DNA from: a virus
Taxonomy: Duplodnaviria; Caudoviricetes
DNA length: 56,859 nt
Reading direction: 5' to 3' (one strand)
IMG/VR virus record: IMGVR_UViG_3300010371_000042
Location: 1-56,859 of that record
Positions 54,715 to 56,859 of this stretch are shown here, in pieces; within the stretch, counting starts at the first letter, position 1, and each line of letters begins with the position of its first letter. The position numbers and the translations under genes were made by a program. The notes beneath the pieces were generated by a model. The model worked only from the letters and a program-made list of their open reading frames with translations. It was not told the DNA's origin and did no database searches.

Positions 54715-54920
54715 GCCAGGAGCATGCCTACATCGACGATTCCCCGCTGTGCAGGCACTGCGGCAGTCCACTGCTGGCCAAGAACCTGCGGATCGCGGAC
54801 GGATGCCCGTGCAACTCCGTACGTGGCGTCAATCATGGGCTGGTGCCCACTAACACGTGCACATGCACCGAGTGCGATCCGATGCAGAGCGGAAGCACGA
54901 GGTGGTCAAACGCCGACTGA
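54711..54920 (+). CDS. Cys-rich small protein
   Basis: CRHC, CPC, CTCTEC; TTGA coupling. Confidence 0.55.
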   Translation: MSQEHAYIDDSPLCRHCGSPLLAKNLRIADGCPCNSVRGVNHGLVPTNTCTCTECDPMQSGSTRWSNAD

Positions 54921-54930
54921 GGAGAAGACC

Positions 54931-55263
54931 ATGGGAAACTGGGTAATCGTGATCGAGGGTTGCGGGTGCCACCACAACGACGAGGCGCACGTGGTCGATG
55001 CGAATCGGCAAGCCGCGGAGTTCGTCCAGGCGCTGCGCGACGCCGGCCACACCGTTGGGCGCGCGACCTTCACGACCGGCGGCGTCGACGACATCTCGTC
55101 GCCAAAGCGCTATCTCGACGACCGTAACGCGGTCGGGAAACTCCCCCGGGGACCGCAGTGTGGAAAGCCGGCGAAGGCGCCAATCGTCGGGCAGGACGAC
55201 GGCCCCTGCCGGCTCGTCGAGGGCCACGAGGGCGATTGCGAAGGGCCGGTGAAGTGGACGTGA
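54931..55263 (+). CDS. Hypothetical protein
   Basis: RBS GAGGAG; G.G.HHN motif; C-terminal C..GHEGDC. Confidence 0.7.
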   Translation: MGNWVIVIEGCGCHHNDEAHVVDANRQAAEFVQALRDAGHTVGRATFTTGGVDDISSPKRYLDDRNAVGKLPRGPQCGKPAKAPIVGQDDGPCRLVEGHEGDCEGPVKWT

Positions 55264-55529
55264 CCCCCGACCAGCGCGCCGCCGCGATTGTGGAGCTGGG
55301 GGAGCTGACGCATCTCGACGCCGCGAAGCGCGACGAGATCGTCGAGTGCGCCGAGCGCGCGCCGCAGCTCCTGTCGGCGATCCTCGCGAACTACCAAGAT
55401 CAAGACTGGTCCGATCCGTCGACTCCCGCGGGCGCGCGATTCCTCGCAATCGTCCAGGCCCTCGGCGGCATCGCGGGGGCGGTCGGCGCGGTCGCTGGTG
55501 CCGCGGCGGGCGTGCGGGGGGCCGTCTGA
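55260..55529 (+). CDS. Protein with glycine-zipper C-terminus
   Basis: GGIAGAVGAVAGAAAGV. Confidence 0.6.
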   Translation: MTPDQRAAAIVELGELTHLDAAKRDEIVECAERAPQLLSAILANYQDQDWSDPSTPAGARFLAIVQALGGIAGAVGAVAGAAAGVRGAV

Positions 55530-55626
55530 TGCTCCGCGACTTCGTCCTCCGCCTCGCCCTCGCGCTGGTCGCCTCGGGCGCCGTGATGGCCGTCTACGGC
55601 GTGGGGAAGCTCTGAGGGGGAGCGCC

Positions 55627-56196
55627 ATGACCGAGGCCTGCCTCCCCGACCAGCTCACGCCCTGCGCGCCGTCGGACCTCTACGCGGCGCTCGGCGGGGC
55701 CTGGTCGCGCATCATGCCGACCGAGCCATGCTCGCGCGCGTCGCTGCTCCTGCTCGTCGCCCACTGGGGTCTCGAGACGGGGTTCGGGCACTTCTCGCAC
55801 CGCTGGAACATCGGCAACATCAAGCACCTATCCGGCGATGGTCACGACTACGTGATGGTGCGCCTGAACGAGGTCAAGGACGGCCAGGTCGTCTGGTACG
55901 ACCCGCCGAACCCCGCGACGTGGCTGCGCGCGTACGCTGACCTCGACGGGGGCTGCGTCGACTACCTCTGTCGGCTCCGCGCCGAGTTCCGGGCGGCGTG
56001 GCCGTTCGTGGCCGGGGGGGACGTCGCGGGCTTCTGCCACGCGCTGAAGGTCTCCGGGTACTACACCGCCGACGAGGCGCTCTACACGGCCGGCGTCGAG
56101 CGCTGCTACCGCCAGCTCGACGCGGCAATCCCTGACGTCGAGACAGCGGTTCCCGACGTCGAGCCGCACGTGGACCCCACGGAGCCCCACGTATGA
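55627..56196 (+). CDS. Endolysin, glucosaminidase (GH73)-like
   Basis: LETG.G...NIGNIK, LRAY..L..G..DY, GYYTA. Confidence 0.8.
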   Translation: MTEACLPDQLTPCAPSDLYAALGGAWSRIMPTEPCSRASLLLLVAHWGLETGFGHFSHRWNIGNIKHLSGDGHDYVMVRLNEVKDGQVVWYDPPNPATWLRAYADLDGGCVDYLCRLRAEFRAAWPFVAGGDVAGFCHALKVSGYYTADEALYTAGVERCYRQLDAAIPDVETAVPDVEPHVDPTEPHV

Positions 56197-56663
56197 TGCG
56201 CGTCCTCGTCGCCCTTTGCATGGCCCTCTGGGCCGCCATCGCGCCGGGCCTCGAGCGCGCCGGCGACGCCGCGGCCATCGCTCTGGCTTCCGCGCGCGCG
56301 GTGCTCGCCGACGCCGCCGGACCGCCGGCGCTCACGTCGCACGCGGAGGACCTGGCGGCGCTCGCATACCTCGCATACCGCGAGTCGTCGCTCCGCGCGC
56401 GCGCGCGTGGCGATAGGGGTCTCGCTCGCGGCCCCTGGCAGCTTCACGGCGCGTGTGGCCTGCGCTCGCTCGACACGCAGGCTCGTTGCGAGTTGGCGAT
56501 GCTCCACGCGGGCGCCGCGCGCTGCGCGGAGCCGCTCGCGATCCTCTGGGGCGGCTGCCACCTGCGCGATCCGCTCACCGGACGCGACGTCGCCGAACTG
56601 GCCTCGGAGCGCAGTCGTCGCGTGCGGGAGCTGCTCGTGCGGACGCTCGCGATGCTGCGATGA
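56193..56663 (+). CDS. Lysozyme/transglycosylase-like protein with N-terminal hydrophobic segment
   Basis: RESSL....GD.G.A.GPWQ SLT-like motif. Confidence 0.65.
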   Translation: MMRVLVALCMALWAAIAPGLERAGDAAAIALASARAVLADAAGPPALTSHAEDLAALAYLAYRESSLRARARGDRGLARGPWQLHGACGLRSLDTQARCELAMLHAGAARCAEPLAILWGGCHLRDPLTGRDVAELASERSRRVRELLVRTLAMLR

Positions 56664-56728
56664 GCGCGACTGACCGTTGAAGCGCGCATCACGCGCTGGG
56701 TGTGAATGACCGCTGAGGACCCCGCGGT

Positions 56729-56859
56729 CGGTGTCCCATGCTTATCCGGTTCATGCACTTTCACGGATCTCTCCGGGGTGCGTGGGCCTTCCGGCGTACA
56801 GCCCCGCGTATGTGTGCGCCTCCGAATCTGCTGCGATGCCGAGCAGCGAGCGGAAGCTG
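56729..56859 (-). mobile_element. Downstream end of the IS1595-family element with transposase C-terminus
   Basis: Duplication CGGTGTCC 56729-56736, TIR CATGCTTATCCGGTT 56737-56751; minus-strand frame SFRSLLGIAADSEAHTYAGLYAGRPTHPGEIRESA* resembles IS1595 transposase C-termini and stops at the TIR. Confidence 0.78.

Larger units (their letters stand above)
1..56859. mobile_element. Temperate phage genome, probably complete and circular, podovirus-like
   Basis: Immunity region, serine integrase, replication, terminase, portal, capsid, short-tail and lysis modules all present; no tape measure or sheath gene seen; the same 8-bp duplication flanks IS ends at both window termini. Confidence 0.92.

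Noticed and set aside
1-56859. Many long overlapping ORFs in the six-frame track (e.g. 44837-47743 minus, 40440-43184 minus, 2998-4770 plus)
   Set aside because: Shadow ORFs expected at high GC; R/A/G/P-rich, antisense to well-supported genes, no motifs

Overview
The window looks like an essentially complete, GC-rich (roughly 70% by eye) temperate dsDNA phage genome with podovirus-like morphogenesis genes. The two ends of an IS1595-like element, with a shared 8-bp target duplication, sit at the two window ends, which implies a circular molecule opened inside the IS. Layout: leftward early/recombination operon (to ~6.3 kb: Cas4-like nuclease, RecT-like protein); lambda-like immunity region (XRE repressor, Cro-like gene, GGAACGTTCC operators, two sigma70 promoters); rightward early operon (large serine recombinase, DUF5131, HNH, adenine MTase, DUF2303, replication initiator with candidate origin, DnaC-like ATPase, RusA-like); a mostly leftward accessory block (15.8-20.1 kb) with its own HTH regulator and two sigma54-type promoters; ~1 kb non-coding region with two candidate structured RNAs; a second serine recombinase; late operon (GNAT, GroES-like, TerL, portal, scaffold, capsid, adaptor, giant nozzle-like protein, three ejection-like proteins); then a displaced TerS-like gene, a glycosyltransferase-FkbM fusion, a lipoprotein/phosphatase/protease cluster and two muralytic enzymes. 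A myxobacterial host is inferred (GC, Cys-rich lipoproteins, sigma54 use) but not shown. All calls are by motif recognition without database searches. No tRNA, CRISPR array or reverse transcriptase was seen.
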